From contig OZ316892.1 of the NCBI GenBank assembly GCA_973895155.1, positions 7,361,251 to 7,425,250 on the forward strand: 64,000 bases of DNA, read 5' to 3'. Under the pieces are notes generated by a model that saw only the letters and a list, made by a program, of their open reading frames with translations, was not told the DNA's origin and ran no database searches. The position numbers and the translations under genes are program-made. Shown piece by piece: positions 11,389-26,900 of the stretch; positions within the stretch are counted from its first letter, which is position 1, and the number at the start of each line of letters is the position of its first letter. The stretch comes from Marsupella aquatica. Taxonomy: Eukaryota; Plantae; Marchantiophyta.

Positions 11389-14030
11389 TTACAGGACATC
11401 AGACATTATACTTCTAGCATGATTCCGCACTTGGCTGGGTTTCAGCTGAAGGTGAGGATTTAGAGTGAGCAGCCGCAACTCACATGTACGAGAGATATTC
11501 ATCCCCCACACATTAATGGAGGTAAGTTTTGGGCAGGACCTTCCAAGAGCCAGGATACTGGACTCCGTAACATGCCGGCAGCCCCACAGATTCAGTACCT
11601 GTTTCACATGACCCGACAGTCTTCCTCATGAGTTCTTTCGTGAAAGAACAGGGACAGGCCACTAGAGCTTAATAGCGAGAGGAAATTACAATTGTAACGT
11701 TGTTTCAGTTCCTTATTCCACATGCTGCATAGAGAACGATCTAAAAAGTTGGCAGTTGGCAATCAAATTTACAGACACCAATCTGGCAGCCCCAACTGAT
11801 TTTACCTTCTCAGAATGCAGCGACCTAAAAACAAATAGAGACAAAAAGTAATACTAAGGGTTACATACCTTCAGATGTTTGCTGTGTCTAGCAATGGCCA
11901 GCACAGAAACATCGGTAATAAATGTTCCACCGACATTCAAATGCTCTAAAGAATGCGCCTCTGTCACCTGCCAACCTACACACATCAGGATATGGAAACC
12001 CCACGACCAAAGCTCCCGGTCCCCAATAGCATCCACATGAGATCTTCCTCACTAAACTGTTCTAGGATGGGGACTACTATTTGTGCTGCATCTGCTAGCC
12101 TTGTGGCCACAGGCCCGATATTGAACAAATGAACTAAGGATGAAAATCACCGATGCTGTGAGATTATTTACCATGAATTGTGTTTGACCCTTTTACTACG
12201 GTGGATTGAGTGTATTCATGTTTGTGCGTGGGACCCAATCCGGCCAAGGACACAGCAATGTACCAAGACTTTTCCAAATGCGAAAGTCCAGACATGGGAC
12301 TCTCTACAGAACTGATGAAGATCCCTGATCACCACTTCCTGTCTAGTGAACTGCGCATTCCAATTTGATCTACAATTCTCTGCTTCTCTTCCAGCCTGTG
12401 GTCCCTGTCCTGGCATTGGTCCCACTCCAAATCAATGCAATTAAGCTAACCTACCTATGAGTCGCATCTGTATGGCGCCAAAGAAGGGGAACAATGAATT
12501 GACCAAGATGCTTACCAATTGCACAACTCCTTCATCAGTAATCCCAGTAACGCCCCAAAGGGAAATTGACGTTAGATTTGGGCAGCATTTTGACTTAGAA
12601 ATGCGGTTGAGGCCTGCGTCTGTTATACGAGAACCCCATCTGCCCAGCGAGCTGCACCCGCCCAAAACATCGGGTGAATACACGCAGTGAGGGAAGCTTA
12701 CTGACCAAAATGAAATACGACATTCCCACGTGACCGAAACTGCCATTCAACTTAGTTGCCAAACATATAGCAGGGACTTCATACTGACTACCTTTCATCT
12801 ATGTAACTATGGTCAAAGATAGAGGGTAATTATAGTAGGTACCCCGTGTTTGGGTAAAATTCCCCCATTATTCTGCACCTGCTTCCTCCACAGGTAGGAG
12901 AGAAACCTTATCAAGACATAATCTCCATGATCATTGATTGATTGATTAAAAAATATTTCACAAGCAGGTGTACGGCACCAGAAGTGCACTGGGTTTGAGC
13001 TGGTAAATGAATTGTCCAATGGAAGGGAACTCACATATCCAGCTCCAGGAGATTCCAAGCACCTTCCACTAGTCGCCCTACAGTGCAGTCGTCTGCCCGC
13101 CAGCCTGCAAAGCTCAGCTTCTCTCTAAACGCCAAGGCCTCCCTCATCCCGTCCTTCCATTTTTTGCATACTCTACTTGCCCTGCCAAAAACGTTGACAG
13201 ATAAATTCCTACTTGAAATTCTTCCGTCTCGACGCAAAGCTCTGTTCTTCGGTGCATTATATAACTCGAACAGGTTACTAAATATTTCTTTCCAGTGAAA
13301 CTACTATAAAGTCTGAAAGACAGAAATTAAAGATCGAAATGTGCCTCAGTCTCGAAGTGTTAGTTGCGTGTGTTTGCTCGGCTCCCTAAATTTGCTGCTT
13401 CTGCCCTGAATGACCCATAGTGCTCCAATTTGATCCAATGACCTTGACTTCCGAGAGGAAAATGGCAAATATTCATCGAAGAGGTAGTCTCTTTGTGGAG
13501 ACGATTGACTAATTTGGATTGACCTCCACTTCCAATCCCTATGCTGAGATTGTCCAACGAAACCAATGCACGGAACTGAAAGTCTAAGGACCTTGGACCC
13601 AGAAAGGGGCATGGCTATACAACGGATAAAAGGAAAGGAAACAGAGGGATTCTGAGCCCATAAGGAGGTGCAATTTCCATACTGTCATTGTGCAACAATT
13701 CACCAGAAAATACGTAAGAACGAAAATTGAGTCTTACGAAGCCATGTCTTTGAACGAGGAGAGTTGGAGAAACATATGTGCCAGGACGTCAACAGGCACA
13801 TGACACAGGCAAGCATTCCGATTCTCCTCCCCTTTCTTCTTCTCGGCAGCTGCAGCTGGTCCTCCTTTACCTGATGTTTCCTTCCCTCCTCGTTCTCCTA
13901 AGAGTAACAGCCCACAATGGGAATCGTGTACCTGCGCCGGTTCTCTCATCGTCGTTGTCGTCGTCGGATGCCATTTCCACTCCGCGGCGACAGGAGTGGG
14001 TAACACTTTGAATGCTTCACCAAAATTCAT
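11389..14030 (-). CDS. F-box/LRR (RNI-like) protein similar to Arabidopsis At5g67140 (5 exons: 14030-13738, 13181-13035, 12651-12516, 11967-11869, 11598-11389)
   Basis: The F-box LCHVPVDVLAHMF...ASRVCKKW is followed by LSFAGW, LLELDI, RWGSRITDAGL, LTSISLWGVTGITDEGVVQL, LEHLNVGGTFITD and LNLWGCRHVTE. All four introns are GT-AG and in phase. Confidence 0.92.
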
Positions 14031-16288
14031 GTCCTCTTATTTTTCTCCCCTGAACCTCCACCTCAACTCCCCAGCTCCCCAACTCCCCAACTCCCCAATT
14101 CCCCAATATCACCAAATCTCCACCCAAGCCTCCCAAGCATGCAGAGACCGATCTAATCTGTATCCAATCTCGTAAATTCCAATGCTCTTGAGTTTTCTTG
14201 AACACGCTTGGACCCCGACCACCCGCAGATTACGAGTTGGCTCTCGAAAACCGGAATCTGGAGCCTGAGATGATGAGACCTGTAAGATTCATAAATTGTC
14301 CCATCCACCGCCTGACACATGCAGGCAGAGGAGACACGCCATAGAGAGAAACAATGCACCGTTTCAGAAGTGCTTTGCCTTCCGTGACACCAAATTCACC
14401 GTAGAATCATCGTTTCCCTGCACGCTACACGGAACGCTCGATTCTCGAGGAGGGTCTTCTTCGGATGGTTGTACCTAACTCCATCCCCTCTGTTCTCCCC
14501 TCCTAGGCATGCTTCATTAATTCCTGACTCCCTCCTACTCGACAAGAACAATCGCGACCCAATCGCGACCCACACACAGTAATTCTATTCCAGTTGAATT
14601 ATAAGATTAGATTCGCTTCTCTGGGCTGGGCTGATATGGGAAGGACTGGCCTGCCCTCAACTAAGTAAATATTCGGTCTCCTTCAACAATCCGTCTGCCT
14701 GCCTGTCTGCCTGACTCTGAGCGCTGATGTTTACCTCCAAGCAGAGTAAAATATCGCAATTTCTGCAGAATTTCAGGATCTCTTCTAAAGTGACGTCTTC
14801 TGTTCCCACGTCCACTCTCGGAAGATGGCACGGCGGGGAGCAACAGTGACGGTAGACAAGACACACACGCAAACTAGGCTTGCGGCGAAATCCTCCCAGA
14901 TTCATCAGCAAAGTCCTCTTCCTTGCAGTCCATGCAGGGAGTCAAATCAAATACGAGCATAACACGAATGAAAAAACGAATTCTCGCAAACTAGTGCAAG
15001 TATGTCACTCTCGTCTATCACCCAATTCAATCCTGTTTCCGGGTCAAGCTAGAGTGCCCCCAAACGTTGTAATTCAAAGTTTGTTAATCTGCTTGTCAGC
15101 AACAGCCTCTCATGAAAGGACTGCACAGAGAAGAAGAACACACGAAATTGGGTCCGCTTGCAAGACTGTCGACACTATTTCCTCCCCACCTCCAATGTCA
15201 TGTCGTGTCAGGGGAGGAGAGGGGAGGGAAGCATTCACGCAAACTGTCGAAGCCTTGCTGAAGCAGAAAACCGGAGCCCAACCTTTGTGGAGATATGCAG
15301 TACAATTGTCAGGCACTGGTCCCCGAACACCATCACATTCTTCCGCATATTTCTGCAGGATGAGACCCACGAACGACACACTCACCAACACAGTGACGTC
15401 ATAATTGTCTTGCTGAATTTCGATGGACGAAAGATCCAACGGTTCACTCTAAAAGGCAAGCAGGCACGAAGATAGATTCGTCTTTTGTCGATTCCCCAAA
15501 CGCCCGACACATTAAAAAATCGGGGAAAATCCTGTATGTGCTTTGCTGTCCCATTTTCTGTCCTGAATGGTGTGGTGGTTTGTGGTGCGCGCTTGTCCGC
15601 CGCCTCTATGTGAACTTTCACACCCCTCCTACCTTTTAGCCGCTACTTTTGCTCCTCGAGACTCCATGCAAGAATTGTGGCCATGCAACAGCAATCTGTC
15701 TTCGCGCCGTTCCCTTACTTTTGTCAATCATTCTATCCAGTGCTCTATCTCTCTATCCATTCCATACATCCAAGTGACAGCCGAAAATGAGCAATCTCAT
15801 TGGGAAAAGCGTGAAAACTAATGTGAGAATTCTCTCCACGGAAGCTCTCTGCCAGGGACTATGGACGGCTGGATGGACGGACGTACAGATAGCAGTGACG
15901 TTTCCCATTCCCTGACGAATGCATCCCTCGAATATATACCGCAGTGAATGGATGAATGGATCGACAGCTGCACTGCTGCCTTAGTCGTAACTGGCGTTCG
16001 GAGATATTCTGGACACTGACGGGTTTTCTACATCTGAATCAACTCGTTGCCAATTTTCCATGACATTCTAGTACGTACATTTTAATCGACATGATCTCAT
16101 GATCCAATTTATTTGATTGAACCTTCGTTATGGTGTAGCAAGCCCATCTGGTTCAGTCACTGCTAAAGATTCAGTGTTGTTGGTCGTCTTTCGCTCATTG
16201 CAACCATAGTTTGAAAAGGCTATGAGCAGACTTCCGTATTCAAAACACCCATCCAAAACGTTGTGCGAGTTTCTCAGAAAAGAAAGAA

Positions 16289-16340
16289 GGCAGACATGAT
16301 CCGTTTAAGTGGCAGACATGATCCGTTTAAGTGGCAGACA
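16289..16340. repeat. Perfect ~22-bp tandem duplication (ggcagacatgatccgtttaagt x2)
   Basis: Read directly from the sequence. Confidence 0.85.
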
Positions 16341-17954
16341 AGATTCATTGAGACCCTGGCAAAGGTTTGCACACGAAAAAGTGGGCGTGCTGACTCTTCG
16401 CTTCTCAGGGAACATTCAAGTCAAAGATGGCATACGTACACAACAGTGGTAACCATTGCTGGACAGGATGCTGGAGAACACACTAGCATCATTTTGCGAA
16501 AGGACATACTAGAATTTCGAGGAATGCATAGAAAATTCAGAAAGCAATGTCCAGATGCCCAGGTTTCCATCGACAATTGACCTGGCCAATGAACTTCACT
16601 GTAACTTTCACTGCATTCCAGTAGACTTGCGCCAAGGTGGCGGTATTCAGAAAACATTCAGGTGCTAGACCGCATCCATGCACGCTCGTGGAAAAGTTCT
16701 ACATTCGTGGGGGAGAAAAGTGGATTTGATAGTCCTCAAGATCGGTGGTCTAGCCGAAGTCAGGTCGAACACCATTCAAACAACCCCACGGAAGGCCAAT
16801 CACCCAAAGAAACTTCCGCTCTCGAACAGAATAACCCTGTTCTGATAACAGAGTCTCTTTCAACCTTCAATTGAAGCCCAGAGTGGAAGGTCTTAATTAC
16901 CACATCAAACAAAAAGGCGACAACAGCCTTTGCATTGTAAAGATTGATTCCTTCGGACATCTTCATCTAGCTCAAATCAAATGGAAGATATACTGCGCAT
17001 TGTGATTCATGACTGACCTCCAGGGTCAGTCTGGAGGTCAGTCTCGACATTTATCTCCACCGTCTATTCAAAGAACATTTTTTCTCTATCAAATCCTACA
17101 CCCATGCTTAGGGCTGAGATTTTCAGCAAAGCGATTTGGGAAGGACAAAGAATGGTATCACATTCTAAATCTGTACATCATCATGGCTATGCAATTGGCT
17201 TTGCAATGAGCTCTGAAATGGTCCGAATTGAAGCTATACCTCAAAGGACCAGGGGTCCCTTGAAGTATTGTTCATCGGAAAGGACGCCTTCTTCGAAAGG
17301 GGGCCGTTTTATTTGAAGGGCCATTGGTGGGGGTTGATGTAATGGATGTTTCCACCCGATGGAAGGTACGCGTGAGGGAAGCAAGAAAGAACACACTACC
17401 TGCTGATGATTGTCATCGCAAAAGCTGTGTGATACACCTGGAGAAAAGAGTTTGCAGTTTACACATTTGCCTCGGAAGATGAGGTGGCAGCACCTGGGAG
17501 AAAATAACTTCTCATTGCAACGATTCATGGGTGAAGCTCTCCACAGCCTCTCAGTATACAGTTCCCCGTGTTGAGACCCACAATTCCTCAGCTTCGATGG
17601 ATCAATGCTCTACACTGTTGGGGACTCTTGATCACTTCGTTGGTTTCAAGTGCAAACCTCAACTGACTGATTGGAACTGTGTTTCAACATGCTGTCCTCT
17701 TGCTGATCAGCTAAGAAAGGAAGATCAGCATCTCTATGCGTGCCTTGAATATTAGCAGGCCTTCTGTTTGTCTCAAATGCTGGAGCGCAGGTCACTTGGA
17801 GTCTACTTAACCCCAATATAATCACCTTCGCTTATTATCCAAAAGGTAGCCTTTTCCTGCTCCCACATTGACGTCACTTCTCCTGAGAAAGGAATAGTGA
17901 CCTCGCCAATGCAGACATGTGGTCCCGCTGCCAGCAATACTTGTGGTCTTAACC

Positions 17955-20900
17955 TTATTGAAAGAATATGCGAGCACCACTGAAAGTGAAATAAATAAGC
18001 TCGAGCTCCACCAAGTAGTTACTAATGCGCTTGATTACCTACATCACAGCCCGATAATCCATCAGCAGAGCTGAAAAATCCTGTTTCGTGTCAAGTATTC
18101 AATCTTTGCATATTGAGGAAAATACAAGTGCAAGACACTTACAAGCTGCAGGTTTTGAGCTTCCTCTTCAGATATGGAAGCAAGTTTCTGACTCCAGATC
18201 TGCAATCCATTCATACCACTTGCAATGCTATCCATGTCCAGGCCATCTGCAATTCTGGCCTTTTCTGCCGAGAAATAATTTCGTGCAGAGTCGAACCAAT
18301 GCAGTGAATCGAATTGCCTCTCTTGACCAAGCACCTGCATCAGTATCAGCAATATTATTAAACTTCTTGAGAACCGCAGTCGTAATTTGGTTTGCGAAAT
18401 GTTCTAACCAATTCCCAAACTTTTCGAGCCCCAGCGCAGGCATTCGAGGGCCCCTTCGCGAGCTCCGACAATCTCTCCGGCAAAAAACAAAAGCGTGTTC
18501 TTTGCGTTAAATAATCTCAGCATCCATTTCTTCATTGTTGGCTTTGCCGCAAATCAAATTGAAATTCATATTGAAGCAGCCGACCGCAAACCTAGTTCAA
18601 CTACAAGGGTAGATTGGCGGGTAAATATATAAGAGGTCCAACCTACTAATACAAGAGTACAATATAAGAGCAAAGACTCTTATATTGGCTATTGGAATGA
18701 GATAAAAGAAGATATTATCCCCTCATTAGGAAAGGATGGACAAAACGTCCAATGGTAGGAATGTAGTACCTTCAGAACATAAGCCAACCCAAGGGCAAAA
18801 CCATCATCTGTGAACATGCCACTTGCACCGTCGCGGCCCCTCTTTGCCAGCCTGTCTTTCGATTGAAGTATTGCTTCAACCGCATTGAGGGTGAGGGCCG
18901 GAATAATTAAGAAGAAATCTTTCAAATGTAAGTTATCACTGCTCCGTAGCTCCTACATGCATCAGAAATAAATGTCCATCATCCCTCAAATATATCATCC
19001 ATAACATATCTTGAGCAGCAGCGCTTGAAAGTTTCTAACCGTGTAACTCTTAAGCCTTGCCCATAAGAGATTTATGATCAATGGCATCATCCATACCTGG
19101 CTGAACACACTTGTGAGAATGCTGAAATAATCCATTCGATCAACAGACATCTTCTGGCTCTCCAATGCCCGGTCAAGGATTTTTGCAGCCGAGACCCCTT
19201 CAGCGGACATCCCTGCTTCCATTGAAGCTTCTTCAAAACTTTTACTCTCACTCAGATTATGTAGAAACCTGTGAAGGAGCTCAAATATCCAAATTAGAAG
19301 GCAGACTTGTTTCCGTTCTTGTTCAAATGTAACATAACATAGGCACACTAATATAGCATGCACCTAGCACGTAAGTAGCCACATTCTAGCCTAGGGTAAG
19401 TGAAAAGCCATTTAGTCCACTCTAAAGTGGACTTGAGTAAAGAATAGCATACGACGACTGACGTTCTAAAACTCTAAATTCGTGAGAAAGTACATCGACT
19501 TCAGGAGGCATACACTATAGAGACCACAACCTATCACCAGTAAACTCTTTATGTTACTTTTAGTTGACATACTTTTAGAGCTAAACGGATGTTTAGTACT
19601 GCTTCCACTGATCTTTTCCCTGGTTTAGTGTCTGATGACCTAGCTAAGCCTTTCAATCTATTCAAACTGACAGGATCAATATTGCGCATACCCTGATGCT
19701 GAACTGCAATAATGGAGCCCTCCCAGTCGAACCATTCGCACAAATCCTAGTGCATTTCCCATTTCAGAAACGAGTTGGCGGAACTGATCAAGAAAAGTCA
19801 AACCATCATCTGTAAGCCCCAGCTTCCGAACGTCCTTATTTAGCCTATCTGCCCTTCCAACTGGGTAGTCCTTCGAACCCTTCAATCTACTTTCCTGCTT
19901 ACACGGATCATTGATAAGAAAAAGATAGTCAAGTTTCTTGAATCATAGCCAGTCATTAATTCTTCTGCACTTAACTCAAAAGAAAACGGAATCAACTACG
20001 TCACTATGGGGTTGCCTAAAATTTCATTCAATTCGCAAAACTTTCTCTGCAAAGCCCAATAAATATATTCAAGGGAGTCACTACAACCTTATAGAAACGA
20101 TGCTCCTTTATTAACCGCGATTTGATGTGATCATCGAAAAGGAACTGCGAGAAGACGATAAACTTCTGCGCCAGAAATTGGTAGGCAAAATTGACTGTTG
20201 TACTCATTATGCCCATTCCGTGAGTCCGGATAGAATTGGCCACATGCCTTGCATTAACAGTGTTGAGATACTTGCGATTATGTGCATTTGAGGCCCTCTC
20301 AATGAAAACCTGATCTTAACACAGCCACGAAGATAGCAGCAATCACCAAATGTCTGTATATACTCACAAAAGAACTGAAAATGCTTTGTTCAGTTGGCTT
20401 TGTTTTTGTTCTCGAGATGGTTTGCATTTGTTTTGGATTTTGTTTTGTTGTGGGAAGAGGGAGGGGGAGGGGGCGGCGGCGGGGGTTGATGGGCATACAG
20501 CACGCTGATGACTATTTCGGATCGTCCCCTTTAAGTCGCAAGCTTATTCATAATCACTCGATTCAATGAAAAGGGACGTCCTCAACAGTGACCCTCGGTT
20601 TCATTACTCACACCAAAGCTACTAAATAGATTCGAGCAACGGGCTACTCTGGGATTACTAAACACGCTGACTCTTAACTAACTGACCAATGTAAAATATC
20701 AAATTTTAACCCGAGAGAATTGTATTGCATCATGGGATTTGTGATTACCTGGGTATTTAAGTTATACGTATAACAGGCCACAAACAAGTGAATGTTTCGC
20801 ATGATCTCTAACACATCCACTCCCTGCTCCAATGTTTGACCAGGTAGATGAATATCATCCAGGTCCAGCCTGTACTTCAACTCTGCAAGATGCCGCATCT

Positions 20901-23900
20901 CTCCATAGGTCTGCAAGTGAAATATACAAACCCTTCAAATCGTTCCTCGAACAGTCCTGCAACTAGAATAATGCACGCCCAGTGCTACTCTCAGCCCTGC
21001 TACCTATGTGCTTGTGGTCATGTCAATAATGGCCAAACTAGTGTCGTGAACCTTCAGGAAACAATTCAGAACTTCTCACAATAGAAAACCCAGATTCATT
21101 CCGAATCTCACTAGCCAAGAGACTGCTAAAGACTCGTGCTCAACTTTATACAAATCCGTTTGGTACTGACCTTCCAGTTGTGGAGAGCCACAGCTGTGTG
21201 ATCATAAAATGCAGCAATTAAATAACTCTCCACTCGAGTCTTGAGGTGAATCCTTTTAGATGGTAGTCTTAATGGTTTCAGATGTAGAAACCAAGACAAA
21301 TCCCGTACACCAGTCTAAGAAATTAACGAATGGTTAGAAGACGGTATTCAAGTCAGAATCTAACTTATACGCAATGGGACTCTTTGCTATCGACGCTTCC
21401 AAGATGTCTTATTAGGCTGTTTAATGGACCTGAATAAGTTTTCTCTACAGCAGAAGAGCAAAGTTACGAAATGCTTTCTAGGCAGATTTACAGTTCTATT
21501 TTCAAAACAGTTGTGAATCCAGAAAATATAAGAATAAAAATACCTTTGTGGGGTTCACATTTACAGCACCCTTCAGATGAGCTGAATGAACATGCAGACG
21601 GAGATCTGTCTCTATATCTCGACATAGGGGGGTCACGAATTCCTGCACGAGTGTGTTCAGGAGGTAGCTCAGAATTCCAGATAACGAAATTCAGCCATTG
21701 CAGTCAGTCCTTGCCCTCCATTTCGTAGATTTGTATCGTTCTAAAGAGCTATTTCACATCGTATCCAGATTTTTATCAAATACAGCGCCAAGGTACCTAG
21801 GTTACCTTGTACAGCCGTCTCATAGGTTCCCTTTTTACCATTTCAGAGAGCTGAGTCACTTTGTTTTTCAAATTCATGAGGTTCCAAAGGAAATTGAATC
21901 ACAGATTACAAAATGGAGTAAGAATCGGTAAGTTTTCGTGCTGACTCACATGCTGGATCGCATCTTCCATCTCTTTTTCGTACGACTCAACCACCAAGGG
22001 ATCCGCGTGTCCACTTTTCAGCAGCTTGATTGGGTCCTTGAAGGCATTAATTACTAGCCTGCTCATGACCATAGAAACAAAAGTTCTCAATGAGGGATCA
22101 GAAATCTTGAGCTCCTTATTGACTAAGCAATCTACCACTAAGCAAAGTTAAACTTCTGGCTCCTTTGCGGATATAAGATCCCAAAGGAAGTCAAGGGAAG
22201 ATGAAATTTTCCAATTAGTGCGTTTGAGGACATACTGAAGATGACGGGCTTCCTTCGTCTGCGCATATAGCATGCCAAAGCATGTTGGCATTGTCTCTCT
22301 GCTCCAGTATAAGAAACTGCAATCCGTCACAGATTTCACTTCACGATGTATATTGGCGACCACCTCAATGACTGAGCACAGATCCATCATCTCTGCCGCC
22401 ACATCAACCGGTATCCTGCTTTGCTGAAAAAATAAATTGTTCAAGAACACACCTTTCCATTCAGATATCTGTGAGTGCTTGTGGTTAAATGAAAGGCTTT
22501 GCATTCGGAAATGTTTCAGCAGATGTAACAACAATTGTACGCATGCCAAGGCGATGTGCACGCTACTCACCAAACTGCATACAACATCCAGGGCAAGACG
22601 CAAAATAATGATCCTCTGCGTACTCGCACGACCCTGGACCATCTTGAGTGCCAAATTCACCTGTTACCAAAAGTAACATGTAATTCATTGGTCGGCAATA
22701 GACGAAATTTAACAAATGTTTTGAGACGAAGATCCTGCGCATGGAAAACTTAAGAAAAGGGAAGAAGAGATAAGCTATCACGGTTATGAAAGCTCGGAGC
22801 CCAGATTAAGCTCGGAACAACTTGTACTAAAAGTAATGATTTCTGACTGCAAACCAGGTCTTGTCACAGCCCTGGCAAGAAATGTTAGCTTTATCATAGA
22901 ACACAGCAATTAGATATTAGAATCCAGAAAGGGAAGTACTTACAGCTGCCAATGAATCCATAAGCTTAGATTCCATGTCCTTTCCACCTTCAGCACCATC
23001 ACATTTGGGATTACTAGTCAATCTCAATCTCTAAGTTACGGTATTTTATGTTTAATGGCAAAATCTTATTATCGGTCATTTCTAAGAATTGTTAAGAGGC
23101 TAGCACACTTACGAAAATTCTTGTAAATGTGGTGGCGCTTCTTTAGAATTCATAAATTTCTACACAAAATTTGGTAGGGACTACCGGATGAATTGATGAG
23201 GCCATACAATGGATGTTGATGCAAAATCTACATGGAAAAGGAAAAGTCTTTTATAATTTGCAGCAAAACCTTCCAATAGACGAAATCGAAATAAAGCGAA
23301 TACTGATAAGAGAATAGTAGAAATCCCGTACTTCGTGTGAACGAACGAGCTAGCATGACTACAGCGTTGCTTTTTGATATTGCGTGAAGGTCTGCTTCCA
23401 GCTGAGCCTGTACCACACATTTCGATGCAAGAAGTTTATACGTGTGATCGCGACACTAAGTACTGTGCAAATGATTTCGAGTCCGTTAATAGCCAATAGT
23501 GGCCCCAACCTTTTCCAATTAGGCACAAAAACGTCGTCTTTGAAAACACACAAATAAATACAGTTAACAGTGGGAAAAAAACTCAAATACGTTTCAAACA
23601 TGCACTAAAGAGAACCTCGATGGGAAGAAGCCGCCTTTGAATTTGCGATTGAGCCAATTGAAGCATATGACCAATTCCCAAGGCAGACTCACTACACCTC
23701 CTATGAAACATCGCCTCCACTGCCTGCAAATAAACAACATATATGCGTTCATCACCAATGCACGGAATCTTTTTGAAACTTCAGCAATGGGCTTGGTAGC
23801 AAAGGTCACCATATTCTGACAATTAAGTGGATACTGTACCTTCAATATTTCAGCAATATGACGCAAAGTCCTCAATTGCTCTTTGCTGATTGGCACCTAG

Positions 23901-26900
23901 AATGAAAATTGTAAACTCTTCGTCAGAAATGATTGCGTTTGGGTTATCTTAAAGAAATTACTTCCCATAAGACCCCACACTAACAATCTTCTAGTAACTA
24001 GGCCTTCTCTTTGTTACCACAGTGGACCCTAGATTCTACACTCCAAGCGTGACTTGATTAGTCTTGGTGCCCGTAACAAAGCTGGTTGACATGACGGATG
24101 AGGGTGGCGTAATAAGTTCGGATTATTTTGAAGTAAGGACATGAATCACCGATGCTGCAGCCACTTCGACAACTTATTTCTGCCTCACACATCCACATAG
24201 TCTGAAGTGGGAACGGGTCAATTTTTTACACAATGATACACACCTCCAGATAAGCATGCAAATCCATTGTAGCTCGAAGAATGTGGCGCAACCTGTTTCC
24301 TAGGTAAACACCCTGCAGTCGCAACAACGAAACAACGGGAATCATTAGAGTAGACTAACCGTTTAGAATTTAACTTGAAATGTTACATTGTCACACAGCT
24401 GTCTGCACTGTTAGATAGTTTCGTTACTTATTTGTCGCGCATACGCCAAACAATTTTCTCAAGAACCTGAACTGTCAAGGATAGGAAAAAGGGTTTTAGA
24501 TGCGAGATGTCAAACAATGGATTGGCACTAAAACAACCGTGAGGTTCATTCAACTCCACTCAGCGCGTTAGGTCAGCCAGCCTGACTTTCTTAAGATACA
24601 ATAGAATATTGCACGATTAAAGAATCATCACAAAGAGCATCACGCACATCATGAATGGATGGCATGCCTGGGCAAGTTGCTTGAATCGTGTCCCCAGCAT
24701 TGCATGCACGGCAAGTTGCTGCACCTGTAACAATTCCCATTCTGGGTGTCATGTCAAAATTTGGGAAAGAGACGCACTTGAAGGAAAACATTAAAATGGC
24801 AGCTTGGGCCAACGTATTAACTGGAGCACTCAAACTATTACACAGTGGATGACTTAAATACCAGGATAACTGGTTTCCAGAAATCAGTCAAGGACTCTTA
24901 CCAGGTTTACTTCAGAACGGTACGCAGCAATCAAGAAGTCAAGCAGAAATTAAAGTTTTTGCGAGGGTTTAAGTTGTTACTAAATTAAGTTCAATACAGA
25001 ATGCAGCTTGAACTTACCACAAGCGACACAGTAGAGTCAAATGAAACAAGCCAGTTCGCCAAAACGCCCCGCAGTGATTGATAATGACTGAAATATACAG
25101 GCCAGAATTCATCATTGGTCTAACTAATGCAAATGGGTGTTGATCACAAAAATGCTCCCACTATGCACCATAAAAACAGAGATGTAGTGTAAGGAAAGAA
25201 CTCACTTTGGCTCTAAGGTAAGTAAAAGCTGCAAGAATCTCTAGTTTTAAAATATCGTGTACACCACAGCTGCAGTCGATAGAAGCTATCTCATGGAATA
25301 AGCAACAAAAAGCTCATTTCTGCTGTCATTCTTTTAAAACTTTCAGAATGGTAGTTTCTGCCCGCCACAAAAGCATAATGACAGGAGGAAATCGATACCT
25401 GATCAGAGCCTCATCCAACGATGCGAGATAAGTGCTCTTTGCCAAATCGGAATCCTTTTGTGCTTCTTTGATGATGGTTGTTGGAATAGACCAAGATGGA
25501 AGATAGGCCGCCAAGAAGTCCAAGATGACCAATCGCACATTGCAAAACAAATGCAGTACTGGAGCGCGCCTGTGAACCTCCAGGACCACCTTCATCATTT
25601 TTTTATCTAGTGTTTGAGTCTCCCCTGGCAGCGATTTGGTGAATAGGTTCAATTCCAACGTAATGCACAGTAAGCAGTTGTTGTGGAAATGATGAGTACA
25701 TCTATGCCTTAGCTAAGCCCATCTTTATTCAGGACAGAGTCATTCCACACAGCAGAAAACACAGACGAAGGTGCTGCAACCTTTGTTCAACATCAATGAA
25801 ACATCTCAAAAGTACTCTTCGATTTGAATCTGTGTCATTAGAACAATCTATTGATCTTGTACAGCTAGCTACAACAAAGGTCACCCCCGCACCGCCCCCC
25901 CCCATGTCAATGTAAGGTCGGAGTTACCAGTCATCCAGGAGTGAAGGATCCACACCGCGAGCAAGCCCACAACATCTTCGCGGTCATCTGGATATTCTCT
26001 CGATGAATCTAGACAGAATCCAAAACGCCCCAAAACGAGTTATGGCAGGACCACCTATTCGTCCCTCGCTGGACAAATATCCACTTCAAGAAATATCAAG
26101 AGATGAAGTTTGGGGTATAGTGCACCATGTCCATGACTTACCAAATCGAGACAGGATTTGCACAAGGCAACCACGAACGCAGAGTGAGATCTCCTCAAGA
26201 CATCGCCGATTCAGCTTGAGCTTTTGCATGTCCAAATGACCATAAAAATCTTCTTGCAAACATCTCTGCATGCCGCACGTCTTAAATTGTCACTCCAGAA
26301 TCTTATTGACGAGTGGAGGAGAAACTTTGTTTTCATCAAAAGGCGGTGAAATTAAACATGCTGGGCATAAGAAACAAATGACATCATACACGTCATTAAA
26401 TTCCCACTGACGCGACAAAGAGGTAAACGTATCCAAATACCTGAAAGAGACCCCCCATTAGCACGCTGTCAATTCGGCTAACTTCACGGTCAAGAGATTC
26501 CACCTGTTCTGGTTCCAGCCCAAAATTTGAGGGGTCGCTTCTCGCTGAATGCAACATCCTAACATAATTGCCAAAATGAACAGTGAATATCTGGTCCACA
26601 TTGTTAACAGCAAAATACACCTTAAACAGAATCTATTCTGCCTGAAGGTTTCAAGTGCTTGAGTGAGTCTCCCATGATGCCAAACCTTGACTAATGCTCT
26701 ACAGGCCACCAGGCATAGTGAGTCAAGAGGAGCAGATCTTAACCCAACAGACAACTACATGATGCTCGTCTGAAACCAGCAGAAGACCTCAACAAATGGC
26801 AAAAGTGACACCATGTCAGGGAAAGTTGTGTCCAAGAAACTGATGACAAGCACCACCATTCATGCCTCTATATGAGAAAGATCCCGGTGAGAGAACGGGA

